Assembly (NCBI GenBank): GCA_963822945.1
Contig: CAWGJO010000021.1
Coordinates: 32,001 to 96,000, forward strand
Length of the DNA: 64,000 bases
DNA from: an uncultured Gemmatimonadaceae bacterium
GTDB taxonomy: Bacteria > Gemmatimonadota > Gemmatimonadetes > Gemmatimonadales > Gemmatimonadaceae
Direction: 5' to 3'
Within the stretch, counting starts at the first letter, position 1. Each line of letters begins with the position of its first letter. The position numbers and the translations under genes were made by a program. The notes under the pieces are model-generated. The model did no database searches. It saw nothing but the letters and a program-made list of their open reading frames with translations, and was not told the DNA's origin. Shown piece after piece: positions 1 to 10,741 of this stretch.

Positions 1-1499
1 TACCAGCTCACCAACCTGGTGGGCGCCGTCTCGGGCATCACGGAATACAGCCCCGCCATCACCTGGGCGCGCGACGCCGACCGGCTGGCCTTCACGTACT
101 TCTCCGACGGCAAGTACACCGTGTGGAGCCTGGACCATCCCGAAACGCTCGCCGGCGCCGCCTACCAGCCGCCCGCGGTGGCCGCGGCCGTGCCCATGCC
201 CGCGCCGGAGCGCCCGCGATTCCACGACGCTGCAGGCACGCGGCGACAGTGCGGTGGTCAGCGTCGCCGCGTTGCTCGACAGCATGCCGCTCGGACTCCC
301 CGACACCACGCGCTTCCGCGACCTGCCGTACGACGGGCGCTTCCGCCCCGAGTACGTGCTCGCGCCCGAGCATCGGCTACGCGCCCGACAACTACGGGCG
401 CAACTTCTTCGGCGGCGCCACCATGGTCCTCGGCGACATGCTCGGCGACCATCGCGTGGCGGTGTCGGCGGAGATCAACGGCCGGCTGAGCGAGGCCCGG
501 GTGTATCTCGGGTACACCAACCTCGCCCACCGCTGGCAGTACACCACGGGGTTCGCGCAGTCGCCCTTCTACTTCCTCACCGGCGACTCCATCGTCAATG
601 CCGGCACGCCGTCGAGTAGCAGCGAGCACCAGGAAATCACGACGTACGTGGCCCGCCAGGTGTACGGGCTCACGTCCTATCCGCTCGATCGCTTTGCCCG
701 CTTCGAGATCGGCGGCGGCTTCAACAACATCGACCGCGAACGCTGGTTCATCAGCCGTGCGGTGGACAACGGGATCTCGGTCTCGCCCTTCCAGTTCGAC
801 AGCACGCGCCGGGACCACAGTCTCAACTACCTGGACGCGCAGTTCGCCTACGTATTCGACAACTCGCTGTACACGCCCACCGGCCCGATCGCCGGTCAGC
901 GCTACCGGCTGCAGGTCACGCCCGTAGTGGGGGCGTACGACTGGATGGAGTATCTGGCCGACTACCGCCGGTACGACCCGATCATCTTCAACAACCTCAC
1001 GGTGGCCACGCGCCTCTACGCCAATATCGCCGTGGGGCGGGACGAGACGGCCTTTCCGAAGTACATTGCCCGTTCGGACTACGTCCGCGGCTACGACCGC
1101 AACAACCAGTTCTACGCCAGTTGCCCCGTGGTCGGGGCCAATCCGTCCAACTGCAGCGCCCTGCAACTCCTGGGAAGCCGCGTTCTGGTGGCCAACGCCG
1201 AACTGCGCTTTCCGTTGATTCGCAAGATCGATCTCGGCATCGTGCCGGTCTCCCTGCCGCCGATCGACGGCTTCGTGTTCTACGACGAGGGGCTCGCCTG
1301 GTCCCGCGGGCAGGCGGTGTACGGCGCGCGTCCCGTGAATTACGATCTCACCCGCCAGCGGTATCCGCTGCGCAGCTACGGAGTGGGCCTACGCTTGAAT
1401 CTGTTCAACTACGCGCTCATCAGCTGGAACTACGCGATCCCGCTGGACCAGCCCGGACACCACGGCTTCTGGACATGGTCGCTATGGCCCAGCTTCTGA
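1..1499 (+). CDS. BamA/TamA (Omp85)-family outer membrane protein with TolB/WD40-like N-terminal part; 5' truncated; two apparent frameshifts (~240, ~360)
   Basis: Frame 1 gives SPAITWARDADRLAFT (PD40-like). A second frame gives VSVAALLDS..FRPEYV. The third gives the barrel: VRGYD, LGSRVLVANAELRFP, SYGVGLRLN, C-terminal F. Confidence 0.7.
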   Translation, partial: PAHQPGGRRLGHHGIQPRHHLGARRRPAGLHVLLRRQVHRVEPGPSRNARRRRLPAARGGRGRAHARAGAPAIPRRCRHAATVRWSASPRCSTACRSDSPTPRASATCRTTGASAPSTCSRPSIGYAPDNYGRNFFGGATMVLGDMLGDHRVAVSAEINGRLSEARVYLGYTNLAHRWQYTTGFAQSPFYFLTGDSIVNAGTPSSSSEHQEITTYVARQVYGLTSYPLDRFARFEIGGGFNNIDRERWFISRAVDNGISVSPFQFDSTRRDHSLNYLDAQFAYVFDNSLYTPTGPIAGQRYRLQVTPVVGAYDWMEYLADYRRYDPIIFNNLTVATRLYANIAVGRDETAFPKYIARSDYVRGYDRNNQFYASCPVVGANPSNCSALQLLGSRVLVANAELRFPLIRKIDLGIVPVSLPPIDGFVFYDEGLAWSRGQAVYGARPVNYDLTRQRYPLRSYGVGLRLNLFNYALISWNYAIPLDQPGHHGFWTWSLWPSF

Positions 1500-2989
1500 C
1501 CCGCCGCGCCCTGGTGGCCGCCGCGCTGGCGGCAGCCGCCTGCGGCGAACCCAAGGGCCTCGTACCGGTGAGTGCGGCCGGCAGCGGATCGCAGAGCGGC
1601 CCCGACGCGCTGGTACTCCGTGCGCCGCTGACGGGCGGCACGCCGCACGTGTACGCGTACACGCACCTCGACTCGGTGATGTGGACCGGCTCGTCCCGGA
1701 CCCCCGCCATCGCCCGCGTGCTCGCGTTCGACGGCGACGCCGGCTCGCTGCTGGCCGTCGATTCGCACGACCAGCCGGTGCGCCTCGACCTGCGCTCCGG
1801 CGCCTTCGACCAGGTGTCGGATACCGCCCTGCTCAACGCCGTCTCGGCCGACGGGTCCACGGTCTACGGCACCGACGCCAAGGGCGACGTGCTCCGGTAT
1901 ACGACCAGCGCGAGCTGGACGTTCACCCCGCCGCAACTGGCCCGCGCGGTCTTTCCCCAGGAGGACGGCTCGCTGCTCGTGGCCGGCGGACACGACGATG
2001 CCACGCGGGTGTGGAAGCTCTTCCCCCCGGAGTCCAAGATCGTCGACTCGGCCAGCCTGCCGTCCACCTGGCGGCCGCTGCCGCACGAAGTGGGCGAGCG
2101 CCTGTACCTGATCGTCGACTCCGGCCTCGTGAGCCTGAACGCGCGGACCCTCCACTGGAATCCATCGGTGCGCTTCGCGGCGCGAATCGCTGCCGCCGCG
2201 GTCAGCCCCAGCGGCGACCGCGTCTTCGTCGTCACCGATTCCAGCCGGGCGCTGAACGTCGTGGACCGGTACCGCAACGCGATCGCCGACCGCATCACCC
2301 TGCCCGGCCAGGCGTCGGACCTGCGCTTCGACCCGCTGGGCCGCTACCTGCTGGCCCGCGAGCAGGGCCGTGATTCCGCATGGGTGGTGGCCATCGGCAG
2401 CTACCACGTCCTGGGCGCCGTGGCCAGCGCCTGGCGGCACGACCTGCCGTTCGTGGGGCCCGACGGCGCCATCGCGCTCGCGCAGGGCAAGGACGTCGTC
2501 TTCGTCGACGGCGAGACGCTGCGCCCCGCCAACCGCGTGCGCGGCGGCGCGGCCGACTATTGGTTCCCCTTCCACTGGAACGGGTTCCGGCCGCGGCAGT
2601 CGTCGCTCGACGTCCCGGTGAGCTTCAACCTCGCGTCGGCCGACAGCGTGCGCACGGCGATCGACGCCGCGGCCGCCGACTCCGCCGCGCGCGCCGCCCA
2701 GGCGGCCGACAGCCTGCGGCAGGCCGCCGGAACGACCGCGGTGCGCGATACGGTGATCGCGCAGGTGGGCTACAACGTCTCGTTCGCCGCCCTGCTCTCG
2801 GAGAGCCACGCCCACGACCTGGCCGCGCAGATCAACGTGGAGGGTCAGCAGGCGCGCGTCGAGCCGTTGGTGCGCAACGGCACCACCATCTATCGCGTGG
2901 TGCTCGGCCCCTACCCCACGCGCGACGAGGCCGACCGCGTGGGGCGCGCGTCGCAGCACACCTACTTCGTGTACGAGGCCACGCGGTGA
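1484..2989 (+). CDS. Lipoprotein with beta-propeller-like region and C-terminal SPOR domain
   Basis: Lipobox-like AAAAC; repeats SPSGDRVFV and FDPLGRYLL; C-terminal IYRVVLGPYPTRDEAD. Confidence 0.7.
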   Translation: MAQLLTRRALVAAALAAAACGEPKGLVPVSAAGSGSQSGPDALVLRAPLTGGTPHVYAYTHLDSVMWTGSSRTPAIARVLAFDGDAGSLLAVDSHDQPVRLDLRSGAFDQVSDTALLNAVSADGSTVYGTDAKGDVLRYTTSASWTFTPPQLARAVFPQEDGSLLVAGGHDDATRVWKLFPPESKIVDSASLPSTWRPLPHEVGERLYLIVDSGLVSLNARTLHWNPSVRFAARIAAAAVSPSGDRVFVVTDSSRALNVVDRYRNAIADRITLPGQASDLRFDPLGRYLLAREQGRDSAWVVAIGSYHVLGAVASAWRHDLPFVGPDGAIALAQGKDVVFVDGETLRPANRVRGGAADYWFPFHWNGFRPRQSSLDVPVSFNLASADSVRTAIDAAAADSAARAAQAADSLRQAAGTTAVRDTVIAQVGYNVSFAALLSESHAHDLAAQINVEGQQARVEPLVRNGTTIYRVVLGPYPTRDEADRVGRASQHTYFVYEATR

Positions 2990-3708
2990 ACGCATCGGCC
3001 CTGCCCCATGGGCCGGGGCGGCTGCGGCGACTGGGGCCGGCGTTCCTGGGGCTCTGTCTGACCGTCGTGGTGCTTGCGGTGGGGTTCTGGCTCATGGAGC
3101 GGCCCCTGGTGAGGGGGCACGGGCCCGACTACCAGCGTCCGCTCGCCGCCTCCGGGCTCGAGGACGGCGCCGCGATCATGAGCCAGGCCGGCATCCCGGC
3201 GCACACCGCTCCCGACCTTCCCGGGGCCACGCAGCCGCGGGCCCCGTACGCGGTGCGCGTCGGCCATGCGAATACGCCCGCGGGTGCTATCTTACGGCTT
3301 CGGAAAGTGGGAGCGTTCGCACCTGCGGGTACGTTCGCGCCCATGCCCGATGGGGCGGCCGGCGACTACCAGATCGTGGCCGGCGCCTATGCGACCTCCA
3401 ACGATGCCGAAGCGCTCCTGCAGGCTCTCCGGGCGCACGGCCAACTCAGTGAAACGAGCGGAACGATAGTGCGCGTTCCGCTGGCATTCTTGATCGAGCG
3501 GGACGTGGCGGCCGATGCCGCGGCGGCGCGCGTGGCGGCCTTTGCCGCCCGCGGGTTGCCGGTGTACGCGCTGCGCCAGGCCGATGGCCGGGCGTGGCTC
3601 TACGCCGGCGCCTTTGCTTCGGCGGCGGATACCACGCTGCTGGGCGATGCCCTGCGGAACGCCGGCGTACACGGCACGCTCGCGTACCGAACCGGGAGAC
3701 CTTTCTAG
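2986..3708 (+). CDS. Membrane-anchored SPOR-like protein
   Basis: GTGA overlap with the upstream stop; N-terminal TM; YQIVAGAYATSNDA and WLYAGAFASAAD motifs. Confidence 0.55.
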   Translation: MNASALPHGPGRLRRLGPAFLGLCLTVVVLAVGFWLMERPLVRGHGPDYQRPLAASGLEDGAAIMSQAGIPAHTAPDLPGATQPRAPYAVRVGHANTPAGAILRLRKVGAFAPAGTFAPMPDGAAGDYQIVAGAYATSNDAEALLQALRAHGQLSETSGTIVRVPLAFLIERDVAADAAAARVAAFAARGLPVYALRQADGRAWLYAGAFASAADTTLLGDALRNAGVHGTLAYRTGRPF

Positions 3709-6700
3709 TGCGGTTGACCAAGCTCGAGATGCACGGCTTCAAGTCGTTCGCCGACGAGACCACGCTGACGTTCAATCAGGGCGTCACCGCCATCGTCGGC
3801 CCCAACGGCTGCGGCAAATCCAACGTGTCCGATGCCGTGCGCTGGGTGTTGGGCGAGCAGCGCGCCCGCCTGCTGCGCGGCGCCAAGATGGAGGAGGTCA
3901 TCTTCCAGGGCTCGTCGGCGCGGCGCGCCGTGAACGTGGCCGAGGTCTCCCTGCACTTCGACAACGAGGACGGCGGACTCCCGATCGCCTTCCGCGAAGT
4001 GGTGATCACGCGCCGGCTGTCGCGGTCGGGCGAGAGCGACTACCTGCTCAACGGCGCTCCCTGCCGGCTGCGCGACATCCACGACCTGCTGCGCGGCACC
4101 GGCCTCGGCGCCGACACGGGGGTGGTGATCGAGAGCAAGATGATCGACGCCCTGCTGTCCGATCGCCCCGACGACCGGCGCGAGCTGTTCGAGGAGGCGG
4201 CGGGCGTGGGGCTGTACCGCGACCGGCGGCGCACCACCGAGCGCCGCCTCGAGGAGACGACGGTCGATCTGCAGCGCCTGGACGATCTGATCAGCGAGGT
4301 CACGACGCAGGTGCGTTCGCTGGCGCGCCAGCGCCGCCGTGCCGAGCGCTACGCCGAACTGAGCGGCCGCCGCTACACCGTGGAGATCGCGCTGGCAGCG
4401 CGCGAGATGCAGGCCTGGCAGGACGAGCTGCAGCGGCTCGAGGTGCGCGTGAACGAGTTGCGGGCCCAGGCGCCCGAGCGCGAGTCGCGCGTGGCGGAAG
4501 CGGAGCGCGCCCGCGACGCGGCCCACGACGCGCGCACCGCCGCCGAGGCCCAGCGCAACGAGCTGTCGCGCCTGGTGGCCGAGCAGCGCGAGCGCGTGCA
4601 GCAGATCCGCGGCGAGATGGCCGTGGCCGAAGAACGCCGCCGCAACGCGCAGATGCGCCGCGAACGCGCCGAAGCCGAGGCGTCGCACGGGCAGCTCACC
4701 CGCACGCGCCTCGAGGAGGACCTCCAGCGGGCCTCCACCGAGAAGCAGGAACTCGAAGCGTCGCTCCATGCGCTCGAAGCCGAACTGGCCGACCGGCAGC
4801 GGCGCGAGGACGGGAGCCGCGAGGCGGTGGCCACGGCCCGCGCCGCCACCGAGCGCGCCGAACAGGCGCTGCGCGAGATGCAGGACCGGGCGCGGCGCAT
4901 CCATCTCGACCGCGAGCGCAGTCAGCGGGAACTGGACGAGACCACGCAGCAGCTCACCGTGCTGGAGCAGGAGCGGGTGACGCTCACCGATGCCTTCACC
5001 GCGGCGCAGCGTGATCTCGAAACAGCGGCCGCGGCGCTCGAGACCGCGCGCGCCGCGTCCACGGCCGCCGACGCCGAGTTGCAGGCCGCGCGTGAGGCCG
5101 ACCGGGCCGCGCGCGAGCGCGACGTCGAAGCCCGCGGGAATCTCGCCCGCCTCGAGCAATCGCTCACCGCGCTCGAGGGCAAGGTGCACGCCCTCGAAGG
5201 GCTGGAGCGCGAACGCGTGGGGCTCGCCCCCGCCGCGGCACGCCTGCTCCGCGAGCGCGACCAGTTCGGCGACGGCGCCGTGCTCGGCCCGCTCAGCGAT
5301 TTCCTGTCGGCCGACCAGGCCGGCGCCGTGCTCATCGAGCGCTTCCTGGGCGCCACCGTGCACGCCGTGCTGGTGCGCGACCGGCAGGTCGCCGAGGCCG
5401 TGCGCCGGTGGCATCAGGCCGCCAATCCGGGACCGCTGCTGCTGCTGCCCCTCGACGCCGCGCCGCAGCCGAGCGACGTGCCGGCGCCCGACGCGCTGGC
5501 GGCGGGCGCGCAGGCGCAGCCGCCGGCCGACGCCTGGGTCCGGGCACTGCTTGGACAGGTGCGCGCCGAAGCCGAGGGAACGGCGTTCGTCGATGGCCGG
5601 GGCGCGGTCTGGCTCCCGGGCACCGGGGGCGGACCGGGTCCCCTGCGCCGCCGCGCCGAGCTGTTCGCCCTGCGCGGGGAACTCGCCGCGAGTCAGACCG
5701 CCCGCGGCGAGGCCGAACAGGCGGCACAGGCGGCCGCGCAGGCGCTCACGCAGTCGGAACAGCGGGTGGCCTCGGCGTCCGACGCCGCCTCGCACGCGCA
5801 GCAGGCGCTGAGTACCGCCGCCGCCGCCCACAGCGATGCGGCGCGTGCCGTGCAGCGCGCCGAGCGCGATCTGCAGGCCGCTGCTGAACTGGCCGGCCGG
5901 ATGGAGCGCCGGTGCGGGGAACTCCGCGCCGCGATCGCGGCATTCGACGAGGAGAGCGAAACGCTGCGCGGCGGACTCGCCGAACGCGAGACCGACATCG
6001 CCAACGCGCGCGCCGCCCTCGCCGAGGCCGACGCCGAGCAGGAACGGGCGCGCGAGCAGCGCTCGGCGTGGCAGGTGGAGCAGGCGCAGGTGCAGGCGCG
6101 CGCCCAGGTGGCCGCCGACCGCGAGCGCCGCCTCGGCGAGGAATTGCGCTCCGCCGCCGAGCGGCTGGACGCCCTGAGCGCGGAGTTGGGAGGGCTGAGC
6201 AGCAGCGATGCCGAACTCCACGAACAGATGACCACCTGGCGCACGGACCTCGATGCGCGTCAGGCCGCGCTCAGCGACGCCGAGCAGCGGCTGGCGGGAG
6301 CGGAGCGTGCCGTGGTCAGCACCGACGCCACGCTCACCGAGGCCGAGCATACCCTGGATCGCGCGCGGCACGACGGCAGCGCCGCCGCCGAGGAGTTGCA
6401 CCACGCCGAGTTGCGGTTCACCGAGTTGTCGGGCCGCCGCGCCGCCATCCGCGAACGGCTGGAGACCGAGTGGCGCAAACCGCTGGACGAGATGATCGCC
6501 AACGCCGAGCCGCTGGAACTCGACGACGACGCGCTGCGCGCCGAAGCCGACGACCTGCGGCAGCAGATCGAACACCTCGGCGCGGTGAACGTGCTGGCCA
6601 TCGAGGAGCACGACGAGACCGTCAAGCGCCTCGACTTCCTCACCGCCCAGCGCGACGATCTCACCGAAGCCAAGAACTCGCTGCTCCAGGCCATCCGCGA

Positions 6701-7226
6701 GATCGACGCCACCGCCCGCGAGCTGTTCCTGCAGACCTTCGTGCAGGTGCGCGAGAACTTCCGCCAGATCTTCATGACCCTGTTCGGCGGGGGCGAGTGC
6801 GACCTGCGGCTGGAGAACCCCGAGGCGCCGCTGGACTGCGACATCGAGGTGCACGCGTCGCCGCGCGGCAAGCGCACGCAGCGCATCCACCTCCTGTCGA
6901 GCGGCGAACGGGCCCTCGTCGCCCTGTCCCTGCTGTTCGGCATCTTCCTCACCAAGCCGAGTCCCTTCTGCCTGCTCGACGAAGTGGATGCGCCGCTGGA
7001 CGACGCCAACGTCGGACGTTTCGTGCGCATGCTCACCGAGTTCAAGAAGAAGACGCAGTTCATCGTGATCACGCACAACCCGCGCACCACCACCGAGGCC
7101 GCCGACGCCGTCTTCGGCGTCACGATGCAGGAGCCGGGGGTCTCGTCGCTGGTGAGCGTGCGCATGAAGGGTGCGTCGGTGGACGCGGCCGTGGCCGAGC
7201 CCGCGGAGACCGCTGCCACGGCATGA
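3708..7226 (+). CDS. smc: Chromosome segregation protein SMC
   Basis: GFKSF, Walker A GPNGCGKSN, coiled coils and hinge, LSSGE signature, LLDEVDAPLD, ITH. Confidence 0.97.
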   Translation: MRLTKLEMHGFKSFADETTLTFNQGVTAIVGPNGCGKSNVSDAVRWVLGEQRARLLRGAKMEEVIFQGSSARRAVNVAEVSLHFDNEDGGLPIAFREVVITRRLSRSGESDYLLNGAPCRLRDIHDLLRGTGLGADTGVVIESKMIDALLSDRPDDRRELFEEAAGVGLYRDRRRTTERRLEETTVDLQRLDDLISEVTTQVRSLARQRRRAERYAELSGRRYTVEIALAAREMQAWQDELQRLEVRVNELRAQAPERESRVAEAERARDAAHDARTAAEAQRNELSRLVAEQRERVQQIRGEMAVAEERRRNAQMRRERAEAEASHGQLTRTRLEEDLQRASTEKQELEASLHALEAELADRQRREDGSREAVATARAATERAEQALREMQDRARRIHLDRERSQRELDETTQQLTVLEQERVTLTDAFTAAQRDLETAAAALETARAASTAADAELQAAREADRAARERDVEARGNLARLEQSLTALEGKVHALEGLERERVGLAPAAARLLRERDQFGDGAVLGPLSDFLSADQAGAVLIERFLGATVHAVLVRDRQVAEAVRRWHQAANPGPLLLLPLDAAPQPSDVPAPDALAAGAQAQPPADAWVRALLGQVRAEAEGTAFVDGRGAVWLPGTGGGPGPLRRRAELFALRGELAASQTARGEAEQAAQAAAQALTQSEQRVASASDAASHAQQALSTAAAAHSDAARAVQRAERDLQAAAELAGRMERRCGELRAAIAAFDEESETLRGGLAERETDIANARAALAEADAEQERAREQRSAWQVEQAQVQARAQVAADRERRLGEELRSAAERLDALSAELGGLSSSDAELHEQMTTWRTDLDARQAALSDAEQRLAGAERAVVSTDATLTEAEHTLDRARHDGSAAAEELHHAELRFTELSGRRAAIRERLETEWRKPLDEMIANAEPLELDDDALRAEADDLRQQIEHLGAVNVLAIEEHDETVKRLDFLTAQRDDLTEAKNSLLQAIREIDATARELFLQTFVQVRENFRQIFMTLFGGGECDLRLENPEAPLDCDIEVHASPRGKRTQRIHLLSSGERALVALSLLFGIFLTKPSPFCLLDEVDAPLDDANVGRFVRMLTEFKKKTQFIVITHNPRTTTEAADAVFGVTMQEPGVSSLVSVRMKGASVDAAVAEPAETAATA

Positions 7227-7260
7227 GGCGCGCCACCACCGCGCTCGCGGAGCCGGCCCG

Positions 7261-8052
7261 GTGACGGCGGACGATCGCCGGCCCGGCGCGCCCCTTCGGC
7301 TCACCACCCTCGGCACCGGCACCATCGCCCTGTCGCCCACCCGCGCCTGCAGCGGCTACCTCGTGGAGCACGACGGGGTCCGTCTGCTCATGGACTGCGG
7401 CAATGGGGTAGCACGGCGGCTGGCCGAACTCGCCCTGCCCTGGCCCGAGATCACGCACGTGGCCCTGAGCCACTTCCACATCGACCATCATGGCGACCTG
7501 CCGACGCTGATCTTCGCGTCGAAGTACGGCATCCTGCCGCCCCGGAGCGCCCCCCTGCAGATCATCGGCCCGGTGGGCACGGCCGACCTCCTGCAGCGCC
7601 TGGCCGCCGCCTACGGCGCCTGGGTCACCGACCCGGGATTCCCGATCCAGGTGGTCGAGACCGCCCCCGGCGCCCCTCTGCTTCTGGGGGACGCCGTGCG
7701 CCTGGAGGCCTTCAAGGTTCCCCATACGGTGGAAAGTGTGGCATATTCCGTCACGGCCGGCGCGCACCGGCTCGTCTACTCCGGCGACACCGGGTTCGAT
7801 CCGGGCCTCGCGGAATGGGCCAAGGGGTGCGACGTCCTGCTGTGCGAGTGTTCGCTTCCCGAGACCATGGCCATCGTGGAGCACCTGACGCCGGAACAGT
7901 GCGGCGCGCTCGCGGCAATCGCAGGACCCCGGCGCCTGGTGCTCACGCACCTGTACCCGCCGGTGGAGAACGTTGACATCTCGGCCGCCATCGCGGCACG
8001 ATACCCCGGTCCGGTGACCGTCGCGCACGACGGCTGGCAGACCGACATCTGA
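7261..8052 (+). CDS. MBL-fold metallo-hydrolase (RNase Z-like)
   Basis: LGTG, DCGNG, SHFHIDHHGD, YSGDT, LTHLYP. Confidence 0.85.
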   Translation: MTADDRRPGAPLRLTTLGTGTIALSPTRACSGYLVEHDGVRLLMDCGNGVARRLAELALPWPEITHVALSHFHIDHHGDLPTLIFASKYGILPPRSAPLQIIGPVGTADLLQRLAAAYGAWVTDPGFPIQVVETAPGAPLLLGDAVRLEAFKVPHTVESVAYSVTAGAHRLVYSGDTGFDPGLAEWAKGCDVLLCECSLPETMAIVEHLTPEQCGALAAIAGPRRLVLTHLYPPVENVDISAAIAARYPGPVTVAHDGWQTDI

Positions 8053-8061
8053 GGAGTTGAC

Positions 8062-9114
8062 ATGCTGGTCGTAATGCAGCACGGCGCGACGTCGGAACAG
8101 GTGGAGCGCGTGGTTCACGTGATCGAGGAAATGGGCTACCAGGCGCGTTCCATGCCGGGCGAGCAGCGCACGGCGGTGGGACTGGTGGGCAACGACGGGC
8201 GCGTCGACTCGTCGCGCATCGAGGCCCTGCCGGGCGTGGCCGAAGTCATACATGTCTCCAAGCCGTACAAGCAGGTGTCGCGCGAATGGCAGCCGCAGAA
8301 CACCGTGGTCACCATCTCGCCGGGCGTGAGCTTCGGCGGGCGCGACGTGGCGATCATCGCCGGTCCCTGTTCGGTGGAGAACGAGCATCAGATCGTCACC
8401 GCGGCCCGGGCCGTCCGCGCGGCCGGCGCCACCGCCCTGCGCGGCGGCGCCTTCAAGCCCCGGAGCTCCCCGTATGCCTTCCAGGGATTGGGCAAGAAGG
8501 GGCTGGAGATGCTCGCCCTGGCCAAGCGCGAGACGGGCCTGCCCATCGTCACCGAGGCGCTGGACGAGGAGGGGGCGCACCTCGTGGCCCAGTACGCCGA
8601 CTGCATCCAGGTGGGCGCGCGCAACATGCAGAACTACTCGCTGCTGCGCGCCGTGGGCCGCATCGGCAAGCCGGTGCTGCTCAAGCGCGGCATGGCGGCC
8701 ACCATCAACGATCTGCTGATGAGCGCCGAGTACATCCTGGCCGAGGGCAACAACCAGGTGATTCTGTGCGAACGCGGCATCCGCAGCTTCGACACCACCA
8801 CGCGCAACCTGCTCGACCTCACGGCCATCCCGGTGGTGCAGAAGCTCTCGCACCTGCCGATGATCGCCGATCCGAGCCACGGCACGGGGCTGCGCGAGAA
8901 GGTGACGCCGATGGCCCGCGCGGCCATCGCCGCCGGCGCCGACGGCATCATCGTCGAGGTGCACCCGACTCCCGACCGCGCCCTCTCCGACGGCGGGCAG
9001 TCGCTCTACCCCGAGCAGTTCGCGCGGCTGGTCACCGAGATCCGCGCCATCGCCGCGGCGATCGGCCGCACGGTGTTACCGACGCCTGGAACCGCCCCGA
9101 TCTCGGTCGGGTAA
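8062..9114 (+). CDS. aroF: DAHP synthase type I-beta with N-terminal regulatory domain
   Basis: [46 protein letters not shown]. Confidence 0.95.
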   Translation: MLVVMQHGATSEQVERVVHVIEEMGYQARSMPGEQRTAVGLVGNDGRVDSSRIEALPGVAEVIHVSKPYKQVSREWQPQNTVVTISPGVSFGGRDVAIIAGPCSVENEHQIVTAARAVRAAGATALRGGAFKPRSSPYAFQGLGKKGLEMLALAKRETGLPIVTEALDEEGAHLVAQYADCIQVGARNMQNYSLLRAVGRIGKPVLLKRGMAATINDLLMSAEYILAEGNNQVILCERGIRSFDTTTRNLLDLTAIPVVQKLSHLPMIADPSHGTGLREKVTPMARAAIAAGADGIIVEVHPTPDRALSDGGQSLYPEQFARLVTEIRAIAAAIGRTVLPTPGTAPISVG

Positions 9115-9121
9115 CACCAGC

Positions 9122-9148
9122 AGACGCCGCGCACGCCGCGCGGCGTCT
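9122..9148 (+). terminator. GC-rich hairpin after aroF
   Basis: AGACGCCGCGC / GCGCGGCGTCT 11-bp stem; weak U tail. Confidence 0.4.
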
Positions 9149-9165
9149 TCACATCGGGGAGCCCC

Positions 9166-9843
9166 ATGTTCGCACACCGTACCACCCTCGCCCTGCTCGC
9201 CGCCGGCACCTGGGCCGCGCTGGCTCCGGCCGCGGCGCGCGCCCAGCAGTCGCCCGAGCGGGCCGCCGTGCAGCATGCGGTGGACGTGTGGCAGGGCGTG
9301 CACAGCGTGCGGGCGTCGTTCGAACAGACCGTGAGCAACGCGCTCACCGGCAGCACGGCGCACGCCCGGGGGGAGTACCAGCAGCGGCGCCCCGACCGGC
9401 TCGCCGTGCGCTTCCAGGATCCCGACGGCGACCGGATCGTGGCCGACGGCACCTGGCTCTGGCTCTACCTTCCCAGCAGCACGCCGAATCAGGTGATCAA
9501 GCGCCGTGAGACGGCCCAGGGCAGCGGGACGGTGGACATCACCGGCCAGTTCCTCGACCACCCGTTCGCGAAGTACGACATCGCCGACGGCGGGGCGGAC
9601 ACGGTGGCCGGACGCGCGACACGGCTGGTGCTGCTCACCCCGAAACCCGACGGGCCCAAGGACTTCACGCGCGCCAAGGTGTGGATCGACGACGCCGACG
9701 GGTACATCCGCCAGTTCGAGGTCTCGCAGACCAACGGCGTCACGCGCTTCGTGCGCCTCACGTCGCTGCAGGTGAACGTGCCCACGGACGACGCCGCGTT
9801 CCACTTCGTCGTGCCCAAGGGCGCGCGGGTGGTCGCGCGCTGA
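9166..9843 (+). CDS. lolA: Outer-membrane lipoprotein carrier LolA
   Basis: Signal peptide; [33 protein letters not shown]. Confidence 0.85.
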   Translation: MFAHRTTLALLAAGTWAALAPAAARAQQSPERAAVQHAVDVWQGVHSVRASFEQTVSNALTGSTAHARGEYQQRRPDRLAVRFQDPDGDRIVADGTWLWLYLPSSTPNQVIKRRETAQGSGTVDITGQFLDHPFAKYDIADGGADTVAGRATRLVLLTPKPDGPKDFTRAKVWIDDADGYIRQFEVSQTNGVTRFVRLTSLQVNVPTDDAAFHFVVPKGARVVAR

Positions 9844-9869
9844 CACGACGGCCGGCCGACGGTTATACT
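9840..9869 (+). promoter_or_regulatory. Candidate sigma-70 promoter for DUF929-VKOR
   Basis: CTGACA-N18-TATACT. Confidence 0.35.
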
Positions 9870-9896
9870 AGACCCTCCCGCACCGGAGACCCACTC

Positions 9897-10741
9897 GTGG
9901 CTCAGAACCCGAAGAAGCTGAACTCGCTGCTGGTCGTGGTCGCGCTGGCACTCGTGGCGACGATCGTGTTCGCGGTCAACCGCCGGCACGCCACCCCGCC
10001 GGCCGCCGCGGCCGCCCTGATCTCCACGCCCGTGCCCGACTCGGTGATGACGGCCTTCACGTCCATCACGCCGGCCACGTGGGAGCGGGCGGGCACCACC
10101 GGCGCCACCGTCCCGATCTTCGTCGGCACCGCCGATACCACGCCCGGCAAGCCGGTGGTCCTGTACATCGGCTCGCTGTACTGCCCATACTGCGCCGCCG
10201 CCCGCTGGTCGGTGATCGCCGCCCTGTCGCGGTTCGGCCAGTTCTCCGGGCTCACCTACTCCGCGTCGTCGTCGGTGGACGTGTTTCCCAGCACGCCGAC
10301 CTTCTCGTTCTACGGCGGCCATTACACGAGCCAGTACATCGACTTCCACTCCGTGGAGCTGCCAGGGCGCCGAGCCCATCGCCGGCCGCTACCCCACGCT
10401 GGAAACGCCCACCCAGGAGCAGGAAGCGCTGATCGAGAAGTACGACGGCCCACCCTACCTCGACAAGGCGAGCGCCGGCGGCATTCCGTTCATGCTCGTG
10501 GGCGGCCGGTACATGTGGAGCGGGTCGCCGTACAACCCGGGCCTGCTCGCGGGCCAGTCGCACGCCGGCATCGCCGCCTCGCTGCCCACCGGCTCCGGAC
10601 CCGCGGCGCAGGCGATCCTGGCCAACGCCAGTGAGATCACGGCTGCCATCTGCGCGGTGGACGGGAATCAGCCGAAGGACGTGTGCATCGGGCGCCCCGA
10701 TTCCGCAGGCGGTGAAGGCGCTGCCTACCAAGGTGCCGTGA
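9897..10741 (+). CDS. DUF929-family membrane-anchored thioredoxin-like protein; apparent frameshifts ~10362 and ~10690
   Basis: TM, then [32 protein letters not shown]; continues [18 protein letters not shown]; ends [12 protein letters not shown] with TGATG overlap into VKOR. Confidence 0.7.

Noticed and set aside
3705..7340. Long antisense ORFs (1211 aa here, 1671 aa at 57397-62412, and many others)
   Set aside because: Shadow frames of GC-rich genes, with no recognisable motifs.
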